This document shows positions 44,124 through 53,998 of a stretch of DNA of 64,000 nt, in pieces. Positions within the stretch are counted from its first letter, which is position 1. Each line of letters opens with the position of its first letter. The stretch covers positions 930,001 to 994,000 of the forward strand of contig JBDOQK010000001.1 of NCBI GenBank assembly GCA_040437565.1, given 5' to 3'. Position numbers and translations under genes: made by a program. Source of the stretch: Albugo candida. Its lineage: Eukaryota. The notes beneath the pieces were generated by a model. It was given only the letters and a program-made list of their open reading frames with translations, ran no database searches and was not told where the DNA came from.

Positions 44124-47100
44124 TTAAACAGTGCGGCTCGCACGAATCGATCGCTGCTGCCCGCTAACGCTGCAATGCTGCATGGAAGGATGTCCTGCAT
44201 TGATTCTCGAGTTGAATGCTGTCTGGCTGTACGTCTCAGCTCCCTTGTTGATAACGTAATTGAGCGCAAATTTAATGATATCCAACGGAATATGCCAAAG
44301 AATCGCCCAAACCCACGCAATAAGCGTATACATACCTCCACATCCAATCACCGCAATGCGATCCGTCGGGTACCCTTTGAATCCGATCCAACCGATCACT
44401 GACGCTACAATTTGAGCGATCACAAATGCGACGAGCAAAAGACTTGAGGGACGTTCCGCAAAGAACCAATTGTTTGTGCCTGCGGTTCGAGTGACAAAGA
44501 TAAGCGCCTGACCGGATATCGAGACGTGCGTGTACACAACCGATCGCAAAATGGCTTCTTTTCGTTGTCGTCCGGGTCCAATGAGATTGTAATTACGTGT
44601 CCATGTCGTATTGTAATTGGAGAAATCCCAAATATAATCGCAAAATGACACGCCGTTCGTCACTGGAACTCGATCATCACCGACGAATTTCACTCCTTGG
44701 CCGTATTGCGCCGCGTCAAATGAATTGTAAGGGTAGTCGTCATATGGAGCGCCACCCACACCGATTGTGTACTGATATACGAATTGATCGTACGCTTCCA
44801 CCGCACTCGGTTTACGGCCATTGTGTAAGCCGTTCAGATGAACATCGGCGAGATCAGTGAAAAGCATCGATACGGGCTGCAGGTAATCGACTTCATACGT
44901 CTTCCAGTACCGAGTGACAGCGGCATTACGAAAACTTCCAACGCGTAGTAAATTGGCTGATTTGATGACATTTCCATTCATTTCACCACAACCAGCAGAA
45001 TTCATCGTACGAGCACACGTTTCATACTCGTCTTGGAAATATTGATTGCAATGGGTTTTCATGCAGCCAACACATAAATTCTCTGCACCGAGTCCTTCAA
45101 ACCCATCAGAATTATTCACCACAGCGAAAAGAACGATTGTCGAGAGTGTCAGCCACAAGCCAAATACAATCGACATGATAAACACTTGTTTGAGCTTCCA
45201 TGAATCCGGTCGTGGCGACGCAATCACATTATCTTTCGAAATTGTCAAAATCGTTCCATCATTCAAAATCGCCAAAATAACAACCAAAAGTGTCGGAAAA
45301 TACCAATTCCATGCGACTGTGAGAATTCCAAATGTAAACACAATTCGAACTGTCATTGCGACAGAGTACATGGCGTAGTTTTTCATCCGTAAGAAAATCT
45401 CGCGACTCATTCGAATTGCTGTGATGATCACACTGAGACCTGGCGATACCAGAACGATATCGGAGGCAGCACGAGCGGCGTCGGTGGCATCATCGACAGC
45501 AATTCCAATGTCGGCTTGAGCGAGTGCGGGTGCGTCATTGACACCATCGCCAGTCATTCCAACTACTTTGCCGAGTGATTGTAACAGCTTTACGATTTCA
45601 AATTTGTGCTCCGGAAATACTTCAGCAAAGCCGTCGGTGTTGCAAACCATTTCTGCGAGATTAACGCCCGGCGGAGTTGCTCGATTGAAAAAGGAAGCGT
45701 CTAAAATCGAATTTGGCATTCCCAAAAGACGACATGTTTCAACGGCGATTGCTGTCTGATCACCTGTGACCATTTTCACAGACACACCCAATGCGATAGC
45801 ACGTTTAATAGTCTCTGCGGTGTCATGACGAGGAGGATCGAATAATGGAAGAAGTCCGACCATTCTCCACTCACACTGATCGATGGGGACATCTCCACTG
45901 CAATCCAACGCAACACCAAGACCACGATACCCACGAGATGCGTACTCATTGATTCGACCTTCGACGGTCTCACGAAGTTCCTCGGCATTGACATCCATAT
46001 CCAATACAACTTGTGGGGCTCCTTTACACGCTCGAAAAATTTCTCCCGTGCGATTATCTTTCAATTTGGCAATCGTTCGCTTGGTCGTTGGATCAAACGG
46101 CGTGTAATGCAGCAATGTGTAATCGCGCTTCATCGTCGCATTGTCGGGATACGTGTTGAAACAAACGACATCAATAGCTTCGTTGTTTTCAATTCTCGCA
46201 GCAAGTGCGGCGTATTTCAAAATATCGGCTGGAGAGAAATCATTGTAGGGCACGAGATTGTCCAAATCGACAGACAATTGATTCAGTGTGAGCGTCCCAG
46301 TCTTATCAGAGCAGAGGATTTCCATACTGGCCATTTCTTCGATACAAGTGAGACGAGTTACGATAGCATTCTCTTTGGCCAATGCGGACGACCCGATCGC
46401 TAACGTCACCGAAAGAACTGTCGGCATAGCCACTGGGATCCCGCCTACGATAAGAACGAGGATATTCGCCACACCCAAACACCCATCCGTGATAAGAAAA
46501 CAAGGATTCTCGCGTTGTCGACCTCCCATCTGAAAAAGCAGTTCGATGATACACCAAAGTATGATGGAAACCATACAGAAATTCCCAACTGTTGTAAGCA
46601 CTTCTTGAAGCCGTCCGCTTGAATCCGTACTGGCGATTTTCTCAGCGGCTCGTCCAAGAAAAGTATCCGATCCCGTACTGGTCACAACAGCTTCTATTTC
46701 GCCTTGTTTCACGACAGAACCAGAGTACCCTTCGTCACCTTCTCCTTTGGATACTGCAAGTGATTCTCCAGTCAACGAAGATTGATCAATCTTGACTGGA
46801 TCGCCTTCCAAGAACTTGACATCCGCTGGAATCACATCGCCTAATCGAACACGTATCACGTCCCCAGGAACGATCTCATCAGCTGGTATATTGACGATAT
46901 TCCCATCACGGAAGACCTTGGCATCTGGCGCTAAAGCTCCCATTAAAGCCGACACTGCGTCTCCAGCTTGTACCTCTTCAAAGTACCCGATACACGCGTT
47001 CAAAAAGAGGAGGAAGAGGATCAGTCCAAAGTCCGAGTAGTCCAGCAGTACGATCGATAGAATGGATGCGACTTCCATGGCCCACGATAAAGGATTCCAC

Positions 47101-47342
47101 ATAAAGCTCAGGAAAAGCATCAGTTTGTTGACTTTTTCTTCAGGGAGTTTGTTGGGGCCATACTCACTCAATCGGCGCTGCGCTTCGGCAGATGTGAGTC
47201 CTTCACGTGACGTTTTCAGCTTATCGAGTGCTGCATTTAAAGGGATCGAAGCCCATTGAATTTGACCGAGCTCATTTGTGTAATTTTTGGAACGATCGGG
47301 AGTATCCAGCGCATTAAACTCAAGGCTTGTGTCGCGCGTCAT
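44124..47342 (-). CDS. PMA1: Plasma-membrane H+-ATPase (P3A) with large extracellular loop insertion
   Basis: FMWNPLSW, TGES, IVGGIPVAMP, CSDKTGTLT, KGAP, DPPR, TGDGVNDAP, ILNDGT, IFVTR. Confidence 0.96.
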   Translation of the reverse strand: MTRDTSLEFNALDTPDRSKNYTNELGQIQWASIPLNAALDKLKTSREGLTSAEAQRRLSEYGPNKLPEEKVNKLMLFLSFMWNPLSWAMEVASILSIVLLDYSDFGLILFLLFLNACIGYFEEVQAGDAVSALMGALAPDAKVFRDGNIVNIPADEIVPGDVIRVRLGDVIPADVKFLEGDPVKIDQSSLTGESLAVSKGEGDEGYSGSVVKQGEIEAVVTSTGSDTFLGRAAEKIASTDSSGRLQEVLTTVGNFCMVSIILWCIIELLFQMGGRQRENPCFLITDGCLGVANILVLIVGGIPVAMPTVLSVTLAIGSSALAKENAIVTRLTCIEEMASMEILCSDKTGTLTLNQLSVDLDNLVPYNDFSPADILKYAALAARIENNEAIDVVCFNTYPDNATMKRDYTLLHYTPFDPTTKRTIAKLKDNRTGEIFRACKGAPQVVLDMDVNAEELRETVEGRINEYASRGYRGLGVALDCSGDVPIDQCEWRMVGLLPLFDPPRHDTAETIKRAIALGVSVKMVTGDQTAIAVETCRLLGMPNSILDASFFNRATPPGVNLAEMVCNTDGFAEVFPEHKFEIVKLLQSLGKVVGMTGDGVNDAPALAQADIGIAVDDATDAARAASDIVLVSPGLSVIITAIRMSREIFLRMKNYAMYSVAMTVRIVFTFGILTVAWNWYFPTLLVVILAILNDGTILTISKDNVIASPRPDSWKLKQVFIMSIVFGLWLTLSTIVLFAVVNNSDGFEGLGAENLCVGCMKTHCNQYFQDEYETCARTMNSAGCGEMNGNVIKSANLLRVGSFRNAAVTRYWKTYEVDYLQPVSMLFTDLADVHLNGLHNGRKPSAVEAYDQFVYQYTIGVGGAPYDDYPYNSFDAAQYGQGVKFVGDDRVPVTNGVSFCDYIWDFSNYNTTWTRNYNLIGPGRQRKEAILRSVVYTHVSISGQALIFVTRTAGTNNWFFAERPSSLLLVAFVIAQIVASVIGWIGFKGYPTDRIAVIGCGGMYTLIAWVWAILWHIPLDIIKFALNYVINKGAETYSQTAFNSRINAGHPSMQHCSVSGQQRSIRASRTV

Positions 47343-47405
47343 TTTGAGTCAAAGACGGAAAACGACTGCGGGAGGGGAAGCTGAGTTGTAGTGGTGATGA
47401 AGGGT

Positions 47406-47423
47406 GGAAAATTGCCAAATGAA
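47406..47423 (-). promoter_or_regulatory. Oomycete Inr+FPR core promoter element upstream of the H+-ATPase
   Basis: Minus strand reads TTCATTTGGCAATTTTCC, closely matching the oomycete TCATTYYNCAWTTT consensus, ~65-80 nt upstream of the ATG. Confidence 0.55.
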
Positions 47424-48046
47424 TACCATTTACAAAGCCACACGCGTTCGAATCCATTGGAATCAGTCCATCACGATATTGTCGAGCAATCTGATTCCAA
47501 TCACAATTTCTAGCCAATCGGAAGCGATTATTATACTTAGTCGTCGCGTAACGTTGTCGGATCGAATTCCTGCGGGAATGGGGTACAATGATGCACAACG
47601 TTTGTACTCGTTTTGAGAGAATAACCGGATACAACGTGACACTACACGTTGAAGAACTCGACTAGCGGGAGGAGTATAGGTGATAGCAGTTTGGAATCAA
47701 GCGTGTAAATCATGTTTGATGTCGTAGCCACGTTTAATTGCTGCACGTAAATCAAAACAACCGATCGAAATAGCCAGACGAGGTCGTTGGTGGGTCTCCC
47801 GATCTGCCCGGCCGCATCAGATAATTCAAGCAAACACAAAGTATGCGAAGTATAATTTAGAATCGACCAAAAGTGGCTCCTTTTCATGAATAGCTCAGAT
47901 CGAATCTTCATTTCTCGTGGAAGCGGAGTTACGGGTTACTGTGAACATAACTTGTAACCTTTGTCAAAATACCAAATGTGTAACCCCTCCGTCTAAGTTT
48001 CGACCGCTTTTCCGTCGTGTGCGCTTGCAATCAAAACGCCGACAGA

Positions 48047-49524
48047 ATGCAACGGACTCTCTCTCTATCTCTTTCAGAACGTCATCTTATTGAGAAACGT
48101 CTCGAGGCTAAACGCTTAAAGGAACAACGGCTATGCTATCAGCAAAAAGCTCAACAGAATGCTCCAAAGTATGTCACTAATGCGACATTACGAGCTCGGC
48201 ATCAAACAGGACGCGATAAAAGGCTTATTATACGTCATTTAGGCGAACGATTAGCGCGTGTAGCACTAGCACATGAATCACAGAAACCCACAAAAGTCAC
48301 AATACAGCGCAACAGCAAAGTTGTTGAGCCACAAATACCAGTAGTAGAACCGGAGACAGATAAAGAGTTTATCGACGAGGAGAGAGAACGCTTTGGTTCG
48401 GTGCATCGACCACCGCGAACGAAAAAAACAAATGTGTGGGCGCAAGTAAGTGCGTTTTCATAGTTTTAGCGTCTGAGCTGATTTTATGGCTTCAGATTTG
48501 TATGAAAGAAAAAGAGGCCGAAGAATTGGAGGAAAAAAAAGAGAAAGAAAAGCGGAAATTGGCAGCCGTTGAACTCTATGAGGAATTATCCAAGCAGGAG
48601 ATGGAGAAACGGATGCAAAAGCGCGCGGATCGGAAAGATATGGAAAAGTATGCAGTTGAAACCGGGAATCAATACAATGCGTGGAAGGAAGCGGAGAAAG
48701 AAAGGGAACGTGTTGAGCAAATAAAATTACAAAAAGAGGCGAAATTACGACAAGAGGAACTGCAAGATGCCATGAGTCAGCAGAAGAAGCGCATTGAGAG
48801 GCAGCGAAAGTTTGAAATGTTGGCAGTGGAACGTGCCAAAAGACAATTGGATGAAGAAAAAGCTTTGCGTGAAACGAAAAAAGAAAAGGAAAGAGATCAA
48901 GTACGAAGAATACGAGAGGAGAATATCAAATCGGTCCAAGCAAGACGAGAGCAGAAAATCAGGGATCAAGAAGAAGATATACAACTGCAGCAACAAGCGG
49001 CAGCACTTTTAGACAAACGTGAACGTGAACGGCAAGAAGAGCTCGCTTCAATTCGAACAAAACAGACTCAAAGGACCCGACTCGCGTTGTTGCATGTAAA
49101 AACACCGGAAGAACGTGCTAAAGAAGACGAAGAGAAATCTCGAAGGATTCAAGCTCGACTTGAGCAGCAAGAAGAGGAGCAGTCTCAAGCAAGAGAGAAG
49201 AAGCGGAAAGAGGCATTACAATATCAAATGCGTGGGATTCAACAGCAGAAAGAAGAACGTCGTCAGCAATTTCAGGAAGAACGAATGCGAGAGGAAGAGT
49301 ATGCAAAAGAATGCAAAAAGCAATATGATGAGTGGAAAATCAAGCAGTACCGCGAATTCGTCGCAAAGAGAGAGAAAGAGATCGGCTACAAGGAAATTGT
49401 CAAGCAGCAAATGCAACAGGATAAAGTACGCATGCAACGTGAGGAGACTGACGGAATGTCTCGAGTCGAAGTGGCTCTTAATACAAAGCTTTTGAATGAT
49501 TTGGGACTTATGAATAAGGTATGA
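48047..49524 (+). CDS. Glu/Lys/Arg/Gln-rich coiled-coil protein, trichoplein/CFAP (TPH)-like (2 exons; intron ~48446-48495)
   Basis: Long charged helical ORF with C-terminal GMSRVEVALNTKLL typical of ciliary TPH-like proteins; splice WAQ|ICMKE. Confidence 0.6.
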
Positions 49525-49804
49525 CGTCACATACGATATACAGGCCTTTGTATACTAAATGGTCGGCAGTTCGTATTACGAGGCAGATAGTGTATATTTA
49601 TATTTTCGTTGTATCGGCATATTTGTAATTTGAGACACAGTGACGTTGCTTGCTCGGAAAAAAATACATCGACAATTCTCATTGGTTCCGATCACTCATA
49701 CGTATCAATGCTTTCACTCAAAAGGGAAATGTATGGATTTACGCTTTCCGCAAAACAGGCATATTTGCTTTCTATACCGTAGTTTTCTCAAAGTTCATAT
49801 CAAA

Positions 49805-49876
49805 TCCTCGATAGTATAGTGGCTAGTATACCTGCCTGTCACGCGGGGGACCCGGGTTCAATTCCCGGTCGGGGAG
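49805..49876 (+). tRNA. tRNA-Asp (GTC)
   Basis: 72-nt cloverleaf: acceptor TCCTCGA/TCGGGGA, anticodon arm CCTGC-CTGTCAC-GCGGG, T-loop GGTTCAATTCC. Confidence 0.96.
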
Positions 49877-50014
49877 TTTCTTTCTCCTTTCGGTATATTC
49901 TCTTCCAGCAAATACCCTTCCGTCCATAGCAATGTTACTCACTGAAGGACAGCCGTTATTGTATCAGAAAGTAGCCATTAAAAAGCCAAATATAAACAGA
50001 TTGCACCCAACACA

Positions 50015-51313
50015 ATGTCCAACAATGATAGACATCCGCTTTCTTATCGTGACGTGGGAATCAAACCCACCGGAAGTCTCACTCGTGGAAGCCCCGGACA
50101 TAATAAAACTCCTCTAAATGATAAAGTATACCTCTCTTTCCTCCACACTCGATACCTCGCTCAGTCGATTTTTAGAAAATCTGCTCCATTCCTTCCAAGA
50201 TTGAGACCACACTAAACGATACTGCAGGAGGGCCTAATGCTTTCTGGAGTCGGACTCAACGCTTCAATGAAGCTGAGGTGGAGACCATGAGAGATTGTAC
50301 TACAAAGCCACTATTCACGCATTTTGACCATAGAACGCATTGCCTGGACCCGGCGCGTACTATAAACTCCCGAGCTTTGTTCGATCAGCAAATATATGTG
50401 GCTCTGTGTCTCGACTCGGATACGGTGTTGGGTTCGTTTCAAAATCAGATCGTTTTGGCAAGAGCCTCAAACACATTCTCCCTGGACCCGGGCAATACAA
50501 TTCGGGCGCGCTTGGAAGTGTGTGTACCCGGAAACCACAAAGCTCCAATGCAAATGCTCGCGTAAGAGCACATATCTCCTAATTTGAATGAGACATTAGT
50601 GAAGAATGTGATGTTGTTTAGCAAGCAAGAAAGATGATTCCGACGAATCAACAACCGGGTCCAGGTGCTTACAACACAACAGAGACTACTTTCTCTAGTC
50701 CGAGTGCCGCGTATGCTGCATTCTCGTCCAAAGTAAATCGAAGTAGGACCATATGTGATGACATCCCCGCTCCCGGTCAATACAAAGTCGAGACACCAGA
50801 AACAAAGCTGCCCATGCATTCTGTGTTCAGATCAAAGGCAAGGCGTATCGAGGACCTGACGAGCGAATCACCAGGTCCTGGAGAATACAATACAGAGCAG
50901 GCTGAAATTTGTATGAGATACGATACCGTTGCAAAAGTCCATCCGAACGCTATTTTTCACAAAAGTACAAAAGATCGATTTTCTGAGCTCAATCGAACGG
51001 AAGAGACTGCTATCGGTACGTTCGACAGATAAAGGGAGCATCTCACAAGACACAATTTGTGCTGGTAGGTCCCGGGCACTACGACAACTCCCCAAATATG
51101 AAGCAACTCCGATCGACAAAGATGCGCAGCATGCAAATCGAACGTCGTGATCGGTGGAGTACTGATCGTCCTCAAGATGTTCCAGGGCCAGGTATGATTT
51201 TCGAATAAGCTATTCGCAGTATACTCAAATGTCTATCTGATAAAGCATACTATCGTCCATCGTTCATTCCAAAGCAGTCGCACAACTCCAACGCTGACAG
51301 AAAATGGCTATAG
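50015..51313 (+). CDS. Sperm-tail PG-rich repeat (SHIPPO-repeat) protein, STPG1-like, multi-exon
   Basis: Repeated PGPGxY motifs (PGPGAY, PGPGQY, PGPGEY, PGPAYY) over several short exons; final exon ends SHNSNADRKWL* at 51313. Confidence 0.75.
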
Positions 51314-51314
51314 A

Positions 51315-52033
51315 TCAGGTTTCAGGAGCGCCAAAATTCTCAAAAAAACGACCAATTCGGGTCGTACACACTTCCTGGGTGCATTCAGGCATATCTCCCA
51401 CGTATCGGCCTAAAAAACGACATGTCAACAGAACGATCAAGTACCGACGATATTTCAACCTGGGATGCCTTGTATCCTGGAAAATGGCGGTATCACTGCA
51501 TCACTGGGAATCACTGTGTTATCTTCAATTCGACAGCAGTCACGTATAATCACTCGCTTGCCCTTCATACATCTGTTAACGGTACAACCAGCAGAGTGGA
51601 CAACATCACACACGCACAATCACACAATTTTGTCCGATATAAACATATGACCCAATCGCTGCAGCTTCAATGATTGTATCCGACCCGATATAGATATAAT
51701 CGCCGAGTCTGATTGGGATAAAAGTGAACTCGTCCATAGTGTTTGTGTGCACCGATGGCTTGATAATGCAATTTTTGAGAATAACACACTGTCTTCCGAG
51801 TGATACTCGCGCCAAATCAGCGCGTATGATTGTTCCCGAATCGATAATTGTCTGCGTGCATTACATATGTTATGAGAACGAAGCATTTTTTGAGTTTGAC
51901 ATACCTTTCCACGTAAATGGATGTTATTAGCACAATGAAGCGTACATTGTCGACTTATTTTATTCCCACTGGACGTCAGAATGTATTTCTCTGAATCGAG
52001 ATGAATCAATGGAGCTTCGACGTACGGATTCAT
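51315..52033 (-). CDS. DCTN5: Dynactin subunit 5 (p25), 4 exons
   Basis: [14 protein letters not shown]…[21 protein letters not shown]…[37 protein letters not shown]…VIPPFS; left-handed beta-helix; stop at 51315. Confidence 0.9.
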
Positions 52034-52088
52034 GGAATTTGGTAATGTGTCTGACAATTAGAGGATGACTCCAAAATCAATGAAAGAA

Positions 52089-52160
52089 CTCCCCGACCGG
52101 GAATTGAACCCGGGTCCCCCGCGTGACAGGCAGGTATACTAGCCACTATACTATCGAGGA
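52089..52160 (-). tRNA. tRNA-Asp (GTC), identical to the copy at 49805-49876
   Basis: Exact reverse complement of 49805-49876. Confidence 0.96.
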
Positions 52161-52585
52161 TTGATGACGATTGTGCCGTCAAGCTAATTTATAAAGCTAA
52201 CGCAGCTCGTGCGGGCTGAAGTGAACTTTTTGCGTTGTGATAGTTACCCGAAGGCGTCAAGAATACGATCACAATTCTTGCTTGCGTCCCTTTCTAGCAC
52301 ATTTCATGGTGCAAACATACACCACTTGTCAAAGAAACATCCAAGCTCGATGCACTTCCTTGAACTTGCTGCTCAATAGTGTGAGAAAAGCAACGACTTC
52401 TACCGCAATTATCCTGCCTTTGACGCCGCAATGATCACATACACATCACAGGCAGGAACAACAGTAATTGTATCAAGTTGTCAATTTGTCAAATCACGTT
52501 ACCATAAGAGCAGTAAATTTAGCTTACAACACATAGTGCACGGCACAAATCTAGTCACATCGTGTTACGCTCGAACACTCACTAG

Positions 52586-52761
52586 TTCTATCAGGCCAAC
52601 ATTATTAATTTCTCACAACAACTNNNNNNNNNNNNNNNNNNNNNNNNNNNNNNNNNNNNNNNNNNNNNNNNNNNNNNNNNNNNNNNNNNNNNNNNNNNNN
52701 NNNNNNNNNNNNNNNNNNNNNNNTTCTATCAGGCCAACATTATTAATTTCTCACAACAACT
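52586..52761. repeat. 38-bp exact duplication (52586-52623 = 52724-52761) flanking 100-N gap 52624-52723
   Basis: TTCTATCAGGCC…CAACAACT on both sides of the gap. Confidence 0.85.
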
Positions 52762-53010
52762 AATATTTGCGAATAGCAATTAGTGCTTTTATCGGTTGTT
52801 ATGATTACCTCTATATACACATATTCGCGTTTCTATAATACTGCGGTAGACCAAAGTCCATGAAACGTAATGTCGTTGTCTTCTATCTAGTTCGATGCAA
52901 CAAAACGACACAAATTGCGACGTACCCCAAAAAACACGTCTTACTATCTTCTAGCTTTCATGAAATGATAAACAACTATTTTCCTCACATTACAATTTCC
53001 ACTCAAAGCC

Positions 53011-53868
53011 ATGAAGTTTCATCACACATTACGCTTTCTCGGTATCGCCATTGCAGTCCTTGACGCATCTTCACTGGAATCGTCTGTCTCTGATTCAAAT
53101 GACAAGACACTTATCTCACAACCACAGCCTAAAAGAGCTTTGTTCTTGAACGATACAATCAAACCATTGACAAGCACTACAACCACTTTAAAGGCGACTG
53201 ATGCGGATGCACTAAAAGATATCAAACCAAGTGGAACGGTGACGCCTTCAACCGGTACCCCACAACCAGGCAGCAATTTGCCATTGGGAGATACTCCGGA
53301 GAAGCCAATTTTGCCATTTTCACTCAGCTCTCAGCCTCCTTCACTTGAAAATAAACCACCACTTGCTGCGATCCCAACACCTCCAGGCACAACTCCTCCT
53401 CCAGGCACAACTCCTCCTCCAGGCACAACTCTTCCTCTGGGATCAACTTCGCCAACGACCGCTACGAAACCTCTGGAATCAAGTCTGCTAACGACTCCGA
53501 CCCCGCCCCTCGGATCAACTCCGCCAACGACTACTAGTCCCCTTCCTGGATCAAACTCACCAACGATAACTCCAGCTCTGGGCACAAATTCTCCAACGAC
53601 AACACCTTCTCTGTTATCACCTACACCACCAAGTTCACCTCCTGCATCACCTACACCACCGGGTTCACCTCCTGCATCACCTACACCACCGGGTTCACCT
53701 CCTGCATCACCTACACCACCGGGTTCACCTCCTGCATCACCTACACCAACGGGTTCACCTCCTGCATCACCTCCCGCACCAACTCCCCCAAAGCTGCTGT
53801 CGACACCAGTTGAGATCACTAAGGGTAAAGGTACCTCAGAGCTCCCGGTATCTACAATCATTCCATAA
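53011..53868 (+). CDS. Secreted Pro/Ser/Thr-rich repeat protein (mucin/extensin/AGP-like composition)
   Basis: Signal-peptide-like MKFHHTLRFLGIAIAVLDA; no TM; intronless; internal tandem repeats. Confidence 0.75.
   Translation: MKFHHTLRFLGIAIAVLDASSLESSVSDSNDKTLISQPQPKRALFLNDTIKPLTSTTTTLKATDADALKDIKPSGTVTPSTGTPQPGSNLPLGDTPEKPILPFSLSSQPPSLENKPPLAAIPTPPGTTPPPGTTPPPGTTLPLGSTSPTTATKPLESSLLTTPTPPLGSTPPTTTSPLPGSNSPTITPALGTNSPTTTPSLLSPTPPSSPPASPTPPGSPPASPTPPGSPPASPTPPGSPPASPTPTGSPPASPPAPTPPKLLSTPVEITKGKGTSELPVSTIIP
53380..53433 (+). repeat. 3 x 18-bp coding tandem repeat (PPGTTP)
   Basis: CCTCCAGGCACAACTCCT repeated three times (last copy one mismatch). Confidence 0.9.
53617..53766 (+). repeat. 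5 x 30-bp coding tandem repeat (SPTPPGSPPA)
   Basis: TCACCTACACCACCGGGTTCACCTCCTGCA; three central copies identical, outer copies slightly diverged. Confidence 0.93.
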
Positions 53869-53998
53869 CCTTGCCGATTCCGTGTAAATCGCCGTCAACT
53901 GTCCCTTTGAACGATGTTCGTTTGGAGAATTTGACCAACCAACTCTTAATTTCAGATCCTTTTTGATATTAGCGCTTCATCATTAAAAAAAATTAACC

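Noticed and set aside
53617..53766. CRISPR-like array of 30-bp repeats
   Set aside because: Head-to-tail repeats with no spacers, in frame within a eukaryotic CDS; no cas genes.
53331..53861. Gly-rich ORF on the minus strand
   Set aside because: Antisense shadow of the Pro-rich repeat gene; the plus-strand ORF has the signal peptide.
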